From: Trichosphaerium sp. ATCC 40318
Lineage: Eukaryota; Protista; Tubulinea
DNA: 52,897 bases
Direction of reading: 5' to 3'
Assembly: GCA_038496445.1 (NCBI GenBank)
Contig: JALMLS010000449.1
Location: 1 to 52,897 of the forward strand
Shown: positions 48,667 to 52,897 of the stretch, one piece after another
Layout: every line of letters starts with the position of its first letter
Position numbering within the stretch: the first letter of the stretch is position 1
Translations under genes and position numbers: made by a program
Notes under the pieces: model-generated
Databases searched by the model: none
Told to the model about the DNA's origin: nothing
The model's input: only the letters and a program-made list of their open reading frames with translations

Positions 48667-49596
48667 CAGGGCTGAGACTAAATAAGGTTTTTTTTACAAA
48701 AGTCATTTTTTTGCCACCAAATACAGCCTTATTTTTCATTAAATTGCCTTGTTTTTGCCAAAAAAAATGAGCAAATATGAGGCATTGCCTTGTAATTTTG
48801 GGCTTTGGAGCCTCATATTTGGGCCAAATAGCAAGCAACTGGTTCACTAATTAGCCTTAAAATAGCCTGCATTGTTGGTCCAATAATGCCTCATTTTTAG
48901 TGCAACAATGAGGCATTTTTGCCCTCAATTTTTGGGCATAACTCAGGCACCATATACTCATAAAACAAAGCTTTATATAGGCATACACAATAGTGATTCA
49001 TTTATTAAAGTACAGTACACAAAACACAAAAAACTTCAATGTCCTCCATGTGAAAAAAATCCTTTAGCTAGAAAAAAAAATTAACAAATTATTGGTATAA
49101 TTTTCGCGGACTGGAAAAATGGTTTAAAGTACCTGTACTCCTCTTGTAGGTGCATTTGGGTGCTGCGGTTCGAATGGCGGCGGTTTCGTTAGAATCCATA
49201 AAATACTAAGCGCATGGTGACACTATCTATATAAAACGTCAGTAGTAAATGAAAAAAATGTTTAGGAAGTGTTGGTGTGGTGGAAACTTACCTTAAACCA
49301 ATGTATCCTTAATGTACAATGTGTACACAACCAATGCCTAATTAGTGCCTGTAAATTTAAGGCTGGCAATGCATAAAAAAACTAGGGCAGGCATTGCCTA
49401 AAAAAAACAAAGCATTGCAACAATTAAGGCAATGCCCAACAAAGCCTTATTTCAATGCTTGATTTTTGCCTTTTCTGCCATTGCCTTTGCAAGATCAGGC
49501 ATTGCCATTTTTTAATGCCTGATTTTTGCCATCAATGCCTGATTTTAAAAAAATGCCTTCATATTTAAGGCAAAGCCTTGTTTAGTTTCAGCCCTG
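48667..49596. mobile_element. non-autonomous DNA element, family B copy 1 (CAGGGCTGA TIRs, 2-bp TSD CA)
   Basis: TIRs, AGGCA/TGCCT subterminal repeats; inserted in the SWIM His codon. Confidence 0.92.
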
Positions 49597-49926
49597 CACA
49601 TTATTGCTGTTTCACTTTTTGAGCAAGATTATTCTGCTGAAACAGTTGTACAAAAGCAAGCCATTCACGCTTTACATGGTAAGTAACATCAACAGTATAT
49701 TTAATAATTATTGCAGAGCATGAAGAGAACATTCCTGAGTTAGACAAGGTAACAGCTCGTAAAAATGACACTCAAAAACGAAAACGTAACAATAAGAGAA
49801 AAAGAAAGTCAAAAAAAGAGGAAGAACCTGCCTCTCCATCACCCTCACAAAAGTGCTCAAAGTCATCCAATTCAATCTATTCAAGCAAATCTATGTCTCA
49901 ATTCTATGTTGAAGACAAAGTGTCAG

Positions 49927-50855
49927 CAGGGTTGAAACTAAATAAGGCTTTTTTTGCAAAAGCCATTTTTTTGCCACCAAATACAGCCTTATTTTTCATT
50001 AAATTGCCTTGTTTTTGCCAAAAAAAATAAGCAAATATGAGGCATTGCCTTGTAATTTTGGGCTTTGGAGCCTCATATTTGGGCCAAATAGCAAGCAACT
50101 GGTTCACTAATTAGCCTTAAAATAGCCTGCATTGTTGGTTCAATAATGCCTCATTTTTTGTGCAACAACAAGGCATTTTTGCCCTCAATTTTTGGGCATA
50201 ACCCAGGCACCATATACTCATAAAACAAGGCTTTATATAGGCATACAATAGTGATTCATTTATTAAAGTACAGTACACAAAACACAAAAAACTTCAATGT
50301 CCTCCATGTGAAAAAAAACCTGTAGCTAGAAAAAAAAATTAACAAATTATTGGTATAATTTTCGCGGACTGGAAAAATGGTTTAAAGTACCTATACTCCT
50401 GTTGTAGGTGCATTTGGGTGCTGCGGTTCGAATGGCAGTGGTTTCGTTAGAATCCATAAAATACTAAGAGCGTGGTGACGGCGTCTATATAAAACGTCAG
50501 TAGTAAATGAAAAAAAATGTTTAGGAAGTGTTGGTGTGGTGGAGACTTACCTTAAACCAATGTATCCTTAATGTACAATGTGTACACAACCAATGCCTAA
50601 TTGGTGCCTATAAATTTAAGGCTGGCAATGCATAAAAAAACTAGGGCAGGCATTGCCTAAAAAAAACAAGGCATTGCAACAATTAAGGCATTGCCCAACA
50701 AAGCCTTATTTCAATGCCTGATTTTTGCCTTTTCTGCCATTGCCTTTGCAAAATCAGGCATTGCCATTTTTGCATGCCTGATTTTTGCCATCAATGCCTG
50801 ATTTTAAAAAAATGCCTTCATATTTAAGGCAAAGCCTTGTTTAGTTTCAGCCCTG
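49927..50855. mobile_element. family B copy 2
   Basis: Direct, slightly diverged copy of 48667-49596; flanks AG / GG (one mismatch). Confidence 0.9.
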
Positions 50856-51176
50856 GGTGAACTATCTGAAGTGCCAATTGTGCTACAAGTACAACAAAGT
50901 AAAAAACAATTGTTTTCATAATCTGTTCTCTGACTACTCTTAGCGAAGACATGCTCTACTTCAAAATTGTACAAAGTGATTGTTGCTGGACATGCTAAAA
51001 TAACACCACGAAAAAGGACTCAAACACGTTGCTATGGACAAAAGTAAGAACAAGTACAAAAGTGTAAATAAAAACCTAATTAAATGTCACACTGTCACAA
51101 TAATGACACATGTGGGTCTTCTATATATGTAAATCACAGCTATTGCAAGTGGCAATCAAAAAAAAAAGTAGCAGAG

Positions 51177-51450
51177 CAGGGAAATATCCACCAGTTGGGA
51201 TAATTCCCCAGAAAGTGAGGATATTTCCCACTTTGCAACCAACAATGCAGGCTATTTTAAGGCTAATTAGTGAACCAATTGCTTGCTATTTGGCCCAAAT
51301 ATGAGGCTCCAAAGCCCAAAATTACAAGGCAAAGCCTCATATTTGCTCATTTTTTTTGGCAAAAACAAGGCAATTTGGTGAAAAATAAGGCTGTATTTGG
51401 TGGTAAAAAAATGACTTTTGTAAAAAAAGCCTTATTTAGTTTCAGCCCTG
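51177..51450. mobile_element. truncated family B end fused to a short CAGGGAAATATCC..GGATATTTCCC hairpin
   Basis: About 51237-51450 matches the family B terminus in inverted orientation. Confidence 0.7.
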
Positions 51451-51815
51451 TTGTTAATCGAGTTGCTTCTTCGTTGTTGTGATTCATGTGAGAATAGAAT
51501 AAAGTCGGTTTGGTCAACTCTGTTCAAATGTGTGAAATAATCTATTCATTCAATAAATGCAGACTCACTTTTTTTCTGAATTTTTCAAAAAAAAAAATTC
51601 GAAAAATTAGAATTCAATACAAAAACCAAATGCCCACCAATGGATCACTATATGTGAGCAAAGGTCAGGTTCTAGTTCCAAGCACAGCAAGGACTCGACT
51701 GTAAGTGAACCAGGCGCTTTCTAGTTAAGTGGACTGCCCTAGCTATGCATCTTTCTGCATCTTTCTACACTTTCGAATTTTTGTTTTCAGAAAATTTAAA
51801 AAAAACTATGGTCCC

Positions 51816-51968
51816 AATAAATGTGGTTTTATTATTAGAACAGTTTTTACATGGTATAATACACCTGGTTTTGTGGTATAATCTATCAAGTTTTAAGGTA
51901 TAATATACCAGGCTTTATGATATTATACTGTGTATTATACCATGTTTTATGGTAGAATTATACCATCA
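51816..51968. mobile_element. diverged family A subterminal fragment
   Basis: Matches about 48036-48185; interrupted by family B copy 3. Confidence 0.75.
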
Positions 51969-52897
51969 CAGGGCTGAAACTAAACAAGGCTTTGCCTTAA
52001 ATATGAAGGCATTTTTTTAAAATCAGGCATTGATGGCAAAAATCAGGCATTAAAAAATGGCAATGCCTGATCTTGCAAAGGCAATGGCAGAAAAGGCAAA
52101 AATCAAGCATTGAAATAAGGCTTTGTTGGGCATTGCCTTAATTGTTGCAATGCTTTGTTTTTTTTAGGCAATGCCTGCCCTAGTTTTTTTATGCATTGCC
52201 AGCCTTAAATTTACAGGCACTAATTAGGCATTGGTTGTGTACACATTGTACATTAAGGATACATTGGTTTAAGGTAAGTTTCCACCACACCAACACTTCC
52301 TAAACATTTTTTTCATTTACTACTGACGTTTTATATAGATAGTGTCACCATGCGCTTAGTATTTTATGGATTCTAACGAAACCGCCGCCATTCGAACCGC
52401 AGCACCCAAATGCACCTACAAGAGGAGTACAGGTACTTTAAACCATTTTTCCAGTCCGCGAAAATTATACCAATAATTTGTTAATTTTTTTTTCTAGCTA
52501 AAGGATTTTTTTCACAAGGAGGACATTGAAGTTTTTTGTGTTTTGTGTACTGTACTTTAATAAATGAATCACTATTGTGTATGCCTATATAAAGCTTTGT
52601 TTTATGAGTATATGGTGCCTGAGTTATGCCCAAAATTGAGGGCAAAAATGCCTCATTGTTGCACTAAAAATGAGGCATTATTGGACCAACAATGCAGGCT
52701 ATTTTAAGGCTAATTAGTGAACCAGTTGCTTGCTATTTGACCCAAATATGAGGCTCCAAAGCCCAAAATCACAAGGCAATGCCTCATATTTGCTCATTTT
52801 TTTTGGCAAAAACAAGGCAATTTGATGAAAAATAAGGCTGTATTTGGTGGCAAAAAAATGACTTTTGTAAAAAAAGCCTTATTTAGTCTCAGCCCTG
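51969..52897. mobile_element. family B copy 3 (inverted, almost identical to copy 1)
   Basis: CAGGGCTGAAACT..AGTCTCAGCCCTG; the window ends exactly on the TIR. Confidence 0.92.

Larger units (their letters stand above)
44850..51050 (+). pseudogene. MULE (Mutator) transposase with SWIM zinc finger, intron-containing, interrupted by three MITEs
   Basis: IGIDSVYK, VMIDKD, LCQFH, YFKKNW, NTNN, and SWIM RCGCGGFKASGKECKH|IIAV (restored by removing 48667-49596 plus 2 bp). In-frame TGA at 45554. Confidence 0.85.

Noticed and set aside
49166-49176. GGTTCGAAT as a tRNA/SINE B box
   Set aside because: No cloverleaf or A box, and family D reads GGTTCGTTT at the same position.

Overview
Eukaryotic, AT-rich nuclear DNA with short spliceosomal introns. 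The gene set suggests an amoeboid protist, which is an inference. The window has two halves. Bases 1-23,100 are gene-dense: three F-box/LRR genes, a SMARCAL1-type SNF2 helicase, a Rho/Rac GTPase (one intron is GC-AG), a secreted vWA protein, a Trp-repeat + PD-(D/E)xK/RAP-like nuclease gene, an intronless F-box + histone-H3-like fold + ankyrin gene, a 7-exon small gene, a CAAX-tailed tau-tubulin/CK1 kinase, a nested MULE-like element and two GC-rich hairpin-rich islands. Bases 23,100-52,897 are a nest of transposons: a LINE (RRM ORF1; APE-RT-RNaseH-CCHC ORF2) inserted into an F-box/LRR gene, a decayed DIRS-type tyrosine-recombinase retroelement, a gag-like remnant, a Sola-like transposase followed by a Tudor exon, and a MULE-SWIM transposase pseudogene. 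These are interrupted by four families of CAGG-ended non-autonomous DNA elements with 2-bp target duplications. Most notable: (i) three of those families share a conserved internal CGAACCGCAG core, and all four carry intron- and poly(A)-signal-like non-coding cassettes; (ii) the F-box-H3-fold-ankyrin fusion; (iii) an apparent spliceosomal intron in LINE ORF1; (iv) a tandem array built from the DIRS RNase H catalytic motif at its own insertion site. All calls are by eye; no searches were run.
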